Shown piece after piece: positions 47,675-54,819 of a stretch of 64,000 bases of DNA. Both the position numbers and the translations under genes were made by a program. The stretch is from a virus. A model generated the notes under the pieces. It was not told the origin of the DNA, did not search any database, and saw only the letters and a program-made list of their open reading frames with translations. Each line of letters starts with the position of its first letter. Positions within the stretch are counted from its first letter, which is position 1. The stretch lies in the IMG/VR virus record IMGVR_UViG_3300045988_144418, positions 32,001 to 96,000 of that record; one strand, 5' to 3'.

Positions 47675-48061
47675 ATGAAGATAGTGTATAACAAAATAAT
47701 TCCCTTTAAGGGGTATCTCTGCATTAATCTGTTCGAGGTGCTCTTTGTGCGTGGTACGAGGGTGAAAAAGGAACATCGAATCACCGCCAAGGTGGTGAAT
47801 CATGAGGGGATTCACACGGCACAGATGAGGGAGATGGGTTACATTTTCTTTTATCTGTGGTACTTCGTGGAATACTGTATCATCAGGCTCTTTCATCAGA
47901 AGCAGGGTTGTGCCTATCGGGACGTTTCCTTTGAGGAGGAAGCCCATCGTCACGAGAATGACTATCAATATCTGCAGAACAGACGTCACTATGCTTGGTT
48001 CAAGTACCTCAGGGCGAGAAGCAACCATTTGCATACTGGACACGGCTACTGTCAGAGGTGA
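47675..48061 (+). CDS. small HExxHxxQ zinc-metallopeptidase-like protein
   Basis: NHEGIHTAQ motif; -7 box TATATTTG at 47660-47667 ends only 8 nt before the ATG. Confidence 0.45.
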   Translation: MKIVYNKIIPFKGYLCINLFEVLFVRGTRVKKEHRITAKVVNHEGIHTAQMREMGYIFFYLWYFVEYCIIRLFHQKQGCAYRDVSFEEEAHRHENDYQYLQNRRHYAWFKYLRARSNHLHTGHGYCQR

Positions 48062-48079
48062 TATATGTATGTAAATCAG

Positions 48080-48101
48080 GGACGCCCAGACGTGGGCGTC
48101 C
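48080..48101 (+). terminator. GC-rich hairpin (terminator candidate, weak U-tract)
   Basis: ggacgccca-gacg-tgggcgtcc. Confidence 0.45.
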
Positions 48102-48137
48102 TCCAAAATGTTTAATAATTATTAAATCTAATTCATT

Positions 48138-49052
48138 ATGGCAAAACCAGATTGGATAACATTAAGCAAGACGTCAGGTACAGGCAATGATACTGTTACC
48201 GTGACGGCTGCGAAGAACACGGGCACCTCTGCAAGGAGCGGCTCAATCACTGTCAAGTCAGGATCTCTATCAAAGGTGGTGACGATAAGTCAAGAGGCGC
48301 AGACCCAGAATTCTCTCGTGTGGCCTACAAGTGGGCTGGCGTTTCCTCCGATTCAGAATTATAGTTCTAACAATTCTACTCACCTGGATGTGGATCTTAA
48401 ATACTTTGACGGTTCACTCACCACACTGGACGCTACAATCTTTATGGTGAATGGTGAGGAAGAATCCTCCAGCCGAGTTCTATCTGACTTCGGTCTATCC
48501 TTGACAGGGTCTATCATAAAGACAAACGGTGACACCACGACAGTCAGGTTCCAGGTGACAGTCACTGATTCCACCAAGCTGGAGGCCGAGCTGGACACTT
48601 CCCATTATGGAGAGGGAACCGAGACGGAGCCATATTATGGAGACATGAGTTTTTACATCACTGGATTGAAAGGTGAGGACGGTGTGGGTGTTGCAAGCGA
48701 AACGTATGCGCTTACAATCTACAAGGTAGTGCCACAAAGCCCTGTTGGTAAAATTACATTATCGCCTGAAACTGTGGAGATTGATCTTGAGGGTAATGCT
48801 TCCGTTACCGTAACTTATTCCAACATCGTTCCTTCCTCCATCCAAATAGACACAAGTGAAGTCCCTGACAGCATTACAATTGCCCCTCAGAACCTGCCTG
48901 TCGGACAGGAAATAAGTAGTGGAACACTTGATCTCTTTATTACCGTTAGTTCAGAAGCGACAACGGATTTCAACCACGAATTTAACGTTTCAGGTCGTGA
49001 TTCTGAAGGTCAGACAATCACGGCAACAGGTACAATCTATATTAGACCGTAG
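48138..49052 (+). CDS. BACON-domain surface/adhesion protein, currently expressed variant (constant N-terminus + C-terminal cassette A)
   Basis: N-terminal PDWITLSKTSGTGNDTVTVTAAKNTGTSARSGSITV is BACON-like; the 55-bp IR-L occupies codons 35-53; a terminator hairpin follows the stop. Confidence 0.7.
   Translation: MAKPDWITLSKTSGTGNDTVTVTAAKNTGTSARSGSITVKSGSLSKVVTISQEAQTQNSLVWPTSGLAFPPIQNYSSNNSTHLDVDLKYFDGSLTTLDATIFMVNGEEESSSRVLSDFGLSLTGSIIKTNGDTTTVRFQVTVTDSTKLEAELDTSHYGEGTETEPYYGDMSFYITGLKGEDGVGVASETYALTIYKVVPQSPVGKITLSPETVEIDLEGNASVTVTYSNIVPSSIQIDTSEVPDSITIAPQNLPVGQEISSGTLDLFITVSSEATTDFNHEFNVSGRDSEGQTITATGTIYIRP
48241..48295. repeat. inverted repeat left arm (IR-L, 55 bp)
   Basis: gctcaatcactgtcaagtcaggatctctatcaaaggtggtgacgataagtcaaga is the exact reverse complement of 50107-50161. 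Confidence 0.95.
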
Positions 49053-49079
49053 GTTTTGTGAATTTAATTGCAAATTCAA

Positions 49080-49112
49080 GGGAACGTCCTATTGGGCGTT
49101 CCCTAATTATTT
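49080..49112 (+). terminator. terminator hairpin after cassette A
   Basis: gggaacg(t)cc-tatt-gg(g)cgttccc followed by taattattt. Confidence 0.6.
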
Positions 49113-49151
49113 AGAAGATTGTAGGATACATATAAATTCTGACAATCTTCT
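49113..49151 (-). terminator. hairpin immediately after the cassette B stop codon
   Basis: agaagattgt ... acaatcttct (10-bp stem, 19-nt loop); no clear U-tract on the minus strand. Confidence 0.35.
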
Positions 49152-50126
49152 TTATGATATATCAAGGAACTCATCATCACAATATAAGGTGATAATTATA
49201 TCGTCCTTAATAGATACATAACCATTTAAATCTAACAAAGATGGATTTTGCATCTCAAGCACGACAGACGAATCAAATCCAGGAACTTCTGTTCCGAAAT
49301 AAGTCTCTGACAAATCAAAGGTAGGCAAATTTAATAAACTTAAATTACCTGTTTTGATCTCTGAAATTGACACAACACCGATTTGGGTAGCTTCTATGGC
49401 AGCAAAATCAGTAACAAAGGCTAGATTATTTAGTTTGAAAACTGAGAACGGCATTGGAATGCACCTATATACATCCATCCTAAGTTCTGGTACTGATCCA
49501 CCTGCATCTACACCTGTTACGTAAGGAAATATAGGTAAGTAACTTGTATTGTTATCCCTGTTTATTAACCAAACAAGACCGAACTTCTCACTGGTAAATT
49601 GTGATGGCATTCTGGAGAGGAAAATCGAATCTGATCTAATGACTGCGTGGTATCTGGTTTGATATTCTTCAACAATACAATCAGATTCAAGTATAATTGA
49701 AGAATCATGAGAAGTAACGACATTCTCAACTTTGGTAAAGAGATCTGCTTGAACTTTTGCAATTTCACATAACAAGAAGTTCTCATTGTTATAAAAGTCT
49801 GTATGTGCAGACGTTTCATTATTATAAACAGTATCAGGATTAGTGGATCCGTTTAATATATGAACATATAAGAACTGATTATATTTCCAGTCAACCTGCA
49901 ACTTGTTGTATAATTCGGTAACATTAGACTTTGGAATATCAATGTATATGTATTGTGAATCCATTGATACGATTGTTCCCAAAGATAAACCATCCGTTAC
50001 AGTCAAGCCATTGGTATTAATATATACTTCTGTATCATGATTCGTTACATCTAAATTTTGATCAGCATTTGATATTGCAATCTTCATTGCAACAACGGTA
50101 GAAGCATCTTGACTTATCGTCACCAC
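49152..50126 (-). CDS. silent alternative C-terminal cassette B for the BACON-domain protein (no start codon or promoter of its own)
   Basis: The only long minus-strand ORF not shadowing a + gene. The frame stays open through IR-R up to a TAA at 50175-50177 with no upstream ATG. The IR-encoded residues SITVKSGSLSKVVTISQ are in frame. The region looks AT-richer than its flanks. Confidence 0.6.
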   Translation of the reverse strand: MVTISQDASTVVAMKIAISNADQNLDVTNHDTEVYINTNGLTVTDGLSLGTIVSMDSQYIYIDIPKSNVTELYNKLQVDWKYNQFLYVHILNGSTNPDTVYNNETSAHTDFYNNENFLLCEIAKVQADLFTKVENVVTSHDSSIILESDCIVEEYQTRYHAVIRSDSIFLSRMPSQFTSEKFGLVWLINRDNNTSYLPIFPYVTGVDAGGSVPELRMDVYRCIPMPFSVFKLNNLAFVTDFAAIEATQIGVVSISEIKTGNLSLLNLPTFDLSETYFGTEVPGFDSSVVLEMQNPSLLDLNGYVSIKDDIIITLYCDDEFLDIS

Positions 50127-50161
50127 CTTTGATAGAGATCCTGACTTGACAGTGATTGAGC
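50107..50161. repeat. inverted repeat right arm (IR-R, 55 bp)
   Basis: Exact reverse complement of 48241-48295 (checked base by base). Confidence 0.95.
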
Positions 50162-50196
50162 ATTTGACGGAACGTTATTTGTAAACATATATTAAA

Positions 50197-50655
50197 ATGA
50201 CAGTTATGACAGAGGAAAACATTATCATTAGACGGTTGAATGAGTTATTAGGCTCACACTTCACCGTGATGACCTACGCTTGGGGCTGTCACTGGAACGT
50301 GACAGGAATGGGATTTAAGGCGGCTCATGACTTTTTGAAGGATCTTTATGAGGCCGAGCAGGAGCGTGTGGACGCCACGGCTGAAAGAATTCGTGCTCTG
50401 GGCGGCATGGCTTCAGCATCCATAGAGGAGATGGAGCGTAGAACGCTTATATCCGCCGACGGTGATACCGTGAACAGTCATGACATGGCTTCCGTGTGGA
50501 GCAGCCTTGCTCGTCTATGGGGCAGTCTCATCAACATTATAGCTGATGTTCATGGGGTCACGGCTGAGGCTGACATCGCGACACGGTCATTTCTGGAGAA
50601 TATGACAGAGGAGATGCAGAAGGAACTATGGATGATCACGGCAAATCTTAAATAG
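50197..50655 (+). CDS. dps: Dps-family ferritin-like DNA-protection protein
   Basis: CHWNVTGMGFKAAHDFLKDLYEAEQERVDATAERIRALGG matches the Dps ferroxidase-site helices. Confidence 0.8.
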   Translation: MTVMTEENIIIRRLNELLGSHFTVMTYAWGCHWNVTGMGFKAAHDFLKDLYEAEQERVDATAERIRALGGMASASIEEMERRTLISADGDTVNSHDMASVWSSLARLWGSLINIIADVHGVTAEADIATRSFLENMTEEMQKELWMITANLK

Positions 50656-50658
50656 GTT

Positions 50659-51090
50659 ATGAAATACAGTATCTGGAAGAGAATAATGATGGTATTCAGT
50701 CCAAGGCGGCTGGAACAGGCCATCGATGAGGAAGTGCAGAGGGTGAACTTGGGGTGGCATAAGGTGTTGAACTCCATCTACACTGACAGACCTCTTGATC
50801 CCGACGTTACACCATTCGTGTCACGTCACGTGACCAAGGCTGGAATCTGGTGTAACGGCAAAAAATGGCGCAGAAGTGATGTCATGTTCCAGCAGAGATC
50901 CGGAGGGCAAGCAATGGACTTTAGTCCGGCTGTTATGCAGGAGTTCTGGGGTGAGGTTACAAAGGCGCTCGGTGCGTACATCCTGGAGCACGGCTATGGT
51001 CAGGTAGTGCTGTCCACCGATCCTATGGACAGTAGGGTGAAGATTGCCAATGTACGGTTGAACGCCTATAATCCAGAGATAGATAGGTAA
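50659..51090 (+). CDS. hypothetical protein
   Basis: 143-aa ORF followed by a strong terminator. Confidence 0.6.
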   Translation: MKYSIWKRIMMVFSPRRLEQAIDEEVQRVNLGWHKVLNSIYTDRPLDPDVTPFVSRHVTKAGIWCNGKKWRRSDVMFQQRSGGQAMDFSPAVMQEFWGEVTKALGAYILEHGYGQVVLSTDPMDSRVKIANVRLNAYNPEIDR

Positions 51091-51126
51091 CTTTCCGCAA
51101 GTCCATTATCAAGTTTTATCAGTTGG

Positions 51127-51160
51127 AAATGGTCAGAATGTATTTTCTGACCATTTTTAT
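51127..51160 (+). terminator. rho-independent terminator
   Basis: aaatggtcagaa-tgtatt-ttctgaccattt followed by ttat. Confidence 0.8.
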
Positions 51161-51178
51161 GAATTATCTGGAGTAATT

Positions 51179-51210
51179 CTTGGATATTCCAGGACGATTA
51201 TGCAACTTTG
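51179..51210 (+). promoter_or_regulatory. early promoter cassette P5
   Basis: CTTGGATATTCCAGGA ... CAACTTTG. Confidence 0.6.
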
Positions 51211-51237
51211 CATTCGTAATTAAAAACACACTGAACA

Positions 51238-51552
51238 ATGAAGTCACTAAAGAAATTATTGATGAATCTTTTGACTAAACCTGTGTCGGATCACGTCTAC
51301 ATGAACGGCAAGTCAGTCAAGGAAAAGCTGGAACTGATAGCCAGAGCGCACACAATCTACTTCAGTAGGGTTAATCTCATAAACTATGAGGCCACCGTGC
51401 GTGGGTGGTTTGAAGCCGCTGGGTTTGTGGTGCGGCAGAGCTATTCTAATATCACACCGTTCACGGCCAGAATCACCGTTAACCTCTTCTATCCGAACGG
51501 TGATGGCAGCGTGATGTCACATATTGTGGAGCTGTTTACCAGAACTGCATAG
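51238..51552 (+). CDS. hypothetical early protein
   Basis: 104-aa ORF behind promoter cassette P5. Confidence 0.6.
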   Translation: MKSLKKLLMNLLTKPVSDHVYMNGKSVKEKLELIARAHTIYFSRVNLINYEATVRGWFEAAGFVVRQSYSNITPFTARITVNLFYPNGDGSVMSHIVELFTRTA

Positions 51553-51554
51553 AT

Positions 51555-52154
51555 ATGGCATACGTTATGAAGAGAACAAGGAGGGAAGCGGACTTCTTTC
51601 TTGTGCAGAGGGCAATCTGCGGTGATCAGTCCGCCTACACCAAGATATATGAGGACTATCAGAAGTCCGTTCGATATGTTGTGACCAAAATTTTATATAG
51701 AAGACCGATGGAAGTGGAGGATGTGTGCATGGAGACGTTCGAGAGGGCGTTCTCCCTACTGCACAGATTTCAGCCTGACTATCAGCTATCGGCTTGGCTT
51801 GTGAGGATAGCGTCCAACAGAGCGCTGGACTGTCTACGGAGGGGCAATAGACTGGACGTCACGGCTGATGATGACAGCCCTGTTCTGGAGTTGCAACTGA
51901 TGGATGACGCACCTCTTCCCATGGAGCAGGTGGAACGTACACAGGACATCTCCTATCTGAACAGTCTTATGGAGGAGCTTCCAGACAATGAGCGTGACGC
52001 ACTTCGCATGAGATGTCTGGACGGCCTTTCAAGCGACGAGTGCGCAGAGCAGATGGGAACCACCAGACGCACGGTGCGTCACTCCGTGCGTGACGGCATA
52101 CACCACCTGAAGAGTATGGTGGACAAGACTGATGTTGAACTTAGAAGCAAATAG
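51555..52154 (+). CDS. ECF-type sigma-70 family RNA polymerase sigma factor
   Basis: Region 2 (YQKSVRYVV...EDVCMETFERAF...LSAWLVRIASNRALDCLRR) and region 4 HTH (ERDALRMRCLDGLSSDECAEQMGTTRRTVRHSVRDGIHHLK). Confidence 0.8.
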   Translation: MAYVMKRTRREADFFLVQRAICGDQSAYTKIYEDYQKSVRYVVTKILYRRPMEVEDVCMETFERAFSLLHRFQPDYQLSAWLVRIASNRALDCLRRGNRLDVTADDDSPVLELQLMDDAPLPMEQVERTQDISYLNSLMEELPDNERDALRMRCLDGLSSDECAEQMGTTRRTVRHSVRDGIHHLKSMVDKTDVELRSK

Positions 52155-52160
52155 TGTGTT

Positions 52161-52463
52161 ATGGCAACAAATGGAATGGACTCTCTTGTGCGCAGAATAA
52201 GGCAGGGGGCAGGTGTCGTGGTGGATCGCGGCACATTAAGGTGTGACTGGATTGAGGGTGGCAGCAACGGAGTGCAGACGTTCTTCATGACGGCTGAGGA
52301 GCTGGAGGCCTTTAACGAGAGGCAGATGAAGAAATTTGGGCGTATAAATCTACGAACGCTGCAAACAGAGCACTGGGTGAAGGATCACTGGGAGGTGGAT
52401 GAGGATGGGGAGCCGACCGCCAATGATATGGAGGACACTGACTATGATGAGGAAAATGAATAG
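52161..52463 (+). CDS. hypothetical acidic protein downstream of the sigma factor
   Basis: 100-aa ORF 6 nt after the sigma gene; strongly acidic C-terminus. Confidence 0.5.
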   Translation: MATNGMDSLVRRIRQGAGVVVDRGTLRCDWIEGGSNGVQTFFMTAEELEAFNERQMKKFGRINLRTLQTEHWVKDHWEVDEDGEPTANDMEDTDYDEENE

Positions 52464-52929
52464 TATGGATCCACGTGTGGAAGCCGTTCGGCAGTCCATA
52501 GACAAGAGCTCCATTCCTGAGGAGATGGCTTCCTGCATGGTTATGGCCACAGCCATGGAGACAGTGATGAATGACGTCATGGAACGCATCAGGATGAAAT
52601 ACAAGGCCGTGGGTCTGGATGTTAGGCGCAATGACGTGCTCAAGGGGCTGAAAGGCTACTGTCAGGCCGTGAAGACGGCTGGATACTGGTTTGATAGAGA
52701 GGTTGAGCCGAGAAACGTTGAGTGTACCTTTGGAACATACGGAACGGCCTCCTCCTATGACGGCTTTCGCGCAAGATGCGGTGAGGTGGCAGAGCTGATG
52801 TCCATGATTGTGCAGGCAAGCAAGGATCCCTCCGCAATGGAGAAAATTAGAGATGCAGCGAGAGAGGCCGCTCGTGACCGAGGAGTTACCCTTGAGGACT
52901 GGACAAGACTGCATCTAAGGACGGATTAA
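52456..52929 (+). CDS. hypothetical protein
   Basis: ATG 52456 (or 52465) within track ORF 52399..52929; overlaps the upstream stop. Confidence 0.5.
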   Translation: MNSMDPRVEAVRQSIDKSSIPEEMASCMVMATAMETVMNDVMERIRMKYKAVGLDVRRNDVLKGLKGYCQAVKTAGYWFDREVEPRNVECTFGTYGTASSYDGFRARCGEVAELMSMIVQASKDPSAMEKIRDAAREAARDRGVTLEDWTRLHLRTD

Positions 52930-53501
52930 TGACTAACATTATAAAAAGGAGAATTATGAACTTTTACGAGGCAGCGATAAGGACGGTCTGCACGGCCTAT
53001 GACATAACACCGGAGGTGTTGAGGGGGGATCGCAGAGATGAGCGAATAGTTGAGGCACGAAAGTGGTACTGCCTACTCACGACGCCACGACCCCTGGAGA
53101 GGTCAGGCAGATACATCAATCGTGATCACGCCACCGTTCTGCACCACAGAAGAGAGATGCGTGAGGCCATAGGCATCTATCCTCTCCATGAGGAAAGATG
53201 GCGTGTGATGAAGCGCCTATTCAACAGCATTCTTGTGGAGGAACGAATGAATGGGTGTCACGTGGGTGTGAAGGAATACAGGGCTGAATGGAGAAACTAT
53301 CAGGATCTACTGTCAGCCGCTGAGAATGCGAGACATAGACTGGAGGAGCTGTCCACGGCCGTCACGGGGGAGCCGTGCGTGGTGTGTGAGAACGGTGACG
53401 GTGGATTCCATGTGGTGAAAGTGAGGGACAGGATTGGCAGACCGCTGCCGTTGGTCTATATGCTGAACGTCATAAGGAGGAGAGATGGACAACCAATATA
53501 A
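52929..53501 (+). CDS. DnaA C-terminal-domain-like helix-turn-helix DNA-binding protein
   Basis: RRDERIVEARKWYCLLTTPRPLERSGRYINRDHATVLHHRREM resembles the DnaA domain IV pattern (R......AR...myL......S...IG..f.RDHtTV.h). Confidence 0.5.
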   Translation: MTNIIKRRIMNFYEAAIRTVCTAYDITPEVLRGDRRDERIVEARKWYCLLTTPRPLERSGRYINRDHATVLHHRREMREAIGIYPLHEERWRVMKRLFNSILVEERMNGCHVGVKEYRAEWRNYQDLLSAAENARHRLEELSTAVTGEPCVVCENGDGGFHVVKVRDRIGRPLPLVYMLNVIRRRDGQPI

Positions 53502-53513
53502 AGAAAAGAAGCC

Positions 53514-53900
53514 ATGAATATTGATGAATGTATTAAGATTCTGGATGCCGTAAGGCAGCAGAAGCCTGTTGAGTATCGCTTTAGGGGTGATGATGTCTGG
53601 AAGGACTTGCTGATGGAGGATTCTCGGATGGATAACGTGACCCTGAACTTCCACAAGAAGGAATACAGGTTGAAGAAGCCCATCAGGTATAGATCCTACA
53701 CCGGAGTGGACGAGTTTGTGAATGAGGCCTGTAATCATGAGTGTATGCTTATGAGAAGGAGAGATACAGGGGTAGTTCTTGTTCCATCCACAATCACCAA
53801 TGACGGTGTTCAGTGCGGTGATTATTACATCAATTATTCCGAGCTTCTGGATAGGGTGGTGTGGTATGACGATGGAACGCCTGTGGGGATGAAGATATAG
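53514..53900 (+). CDS. hypothetical protein
   Basis: 128-aa ORF; last gene before the long non-coding region. Confidence 0.55.
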   Translation: MNIDECIKILDAVRQQKPVEYRFRGDDVWKDLLMEDSRMDNVTLNFHKKEYRLKKPIRYRSYTGVDEFVNEACNHECMLMRRRDTGVVLVPSTITNDGVQCGDYYINYSELLDRVVWYDDGTPVGMKI

Positions 53901-53970
53901 AGTAGAGACAGGTGCATAATTAAATCTTATCACCCTCGATAAGCAGAACTTATAGTTGATCATAATTGAT

Positions 53971-54069
53971 AGACACACAGAGAATCCGGAGATTGGTCTT
54001 GACCCTGTGTGTCTTTTCGTGTGAACTCCGTAGGATGTTCACACATGGAACGTTCGAACAGAACGTTCC
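53971..54069 (+). terminator. three tandem hairpins (terminator cluster or structured element)
   Basis: agacacacag/ctgtgtgtct (53971-54014, then TTTT); gtgtgaac/gttcacac (54019-54044); ggaacgttc-gaaca-gaacgttcc (54047-54069). Confidence 0.55.
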
Positions 54070-54170
54070 CCAACTCCCTGATATTCAGAACACTTCACTA
54101 TTTCTATGATAAGCATTTCTTATAATGGGTGATAATCCTTCCTTATATGGAGCACTTGAATACAGGCATT

Positions 54171-54339
54171 GAGGGTGTGGAGGTGAATGACATCAAGGGA
54201 GAGGGTTCAGTCAGGAGACTCGGTTTAGGAGGGTATGGAATGGGTTTAGGAGGAGAGGGTCGGTTGGGGTGTATTGATTCAGGTTCAGTATGGGGTATCT
54301 TGAGGTCGGTTTGGATTGAGAGGTTCTGGGTATTTAGAG
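54171..54339 (+). repeat. C-depleted G/T-rich tract with degenerate repeats
   Basis: By my count 12 C in 169 nt; ggtttaggagg at 54222 and 54243; tcggtt(t/g)gg at about 54220, 54260 and 54306; many GGG/GGGG runs. Confidence 0.7.
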
Positions 54340-54463
54340 CCGTGCGGAACCATCCGCTCCCAAATCCCTTTCGCTCACGTCGTGGCTGTTTTCGGGCGAA
54401 ATTAGCCGATGACAGGGTGCTTCCGACATGGATGCACCACCTATGAGCGGCCAGTTCCCTAAA

Positions 54464-54669
54464 CTCCGGGATTTTCGGTACTTAACGGAAGCTCATCGGG
54501 ATAGGCGGATGCCGAGATTTTGTGAAAAACTGGGTGTGAAAATGCCGTGAAAAATATAATTCGCTGATAATGAGTGACTGATTTCAAATGTTAAGTGGTT
54601 GATACCAAAATCCCGGAGAGTATTAAAACGAAATTAAGCAAAAATCCCGAAATTACGTAAAATGTTAAG
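54464..54669. repeat. iteron-like short repeats
   Basis: ctccgggatttt (54464-54475) is inverted relative to aaaatcccggag (54607-54618); aaaatcccga (54641-54650); GTGAAAA x3 at 54522, 54536, 54547; aaatgttaag x2 at 54586 and 54660. Confidence 0.6.
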
Positions 54670-54760
54670 CAGTTTTTGAAGTCCGTTCCTATAACTCCAC
54701 TCAGGTATCCCGAGTTATGATGATTAAAATTGTAAGTAATAGAATTTTCGTGAAAACTTC

Positions 54761-54791
54761 ATTGGATATTCAAGAAAATACACCAACTTTG
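54761..54791 (+). promoter_or_regulatory. early promoter cassette P6
   Basis: ATTGGATATTCAAGAAA ... CAACTTTG, then the leader GTAATCGTTAAAATCA. Confidence 0.65.
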
Positions 54792-54819
54792 CACCGTAAT
54801 CGTTAAAATCATTAAAATT

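Larger units (their letters stand above)
48241..50161. mobile_element. putative invertible DNA segment (C-terminus switch)
   Basis: Perfect IRs, both in frame with coding sequence on opposite strands; convergent cassettes separated by two hairpins. Confidence 0.6.
53901..54819. other. about 0.9 kb non-coding region (hairpin cluster, C-depleted G/T tract, iteron-like repeats, promoter P6)
   Basis: No credible ORF; see the individual repeat features and findings. Confidence 0.7.

Noticed and set aside
49565-49819. 84-aa minus-strand ORF nested in cassette B in another frame
   Set aside because: It overlaps the longer in-frame cassette ORF that is linked to IR-R, and it has no independent signals.
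54129-54446. 105-aa + strand ORF (MIILPYMEHLNTGIEGVEV...GLGGYGMGLGGEGRLG) in the long intergenic region
   Set aside because: It has a non-ATG start and no promoter cassette or start-codon motif. Its Gly/Leu low-complexity sequence is simply the translation of the C-depleted G/T-rich repeat tract. I treat it as non-coding DNA.
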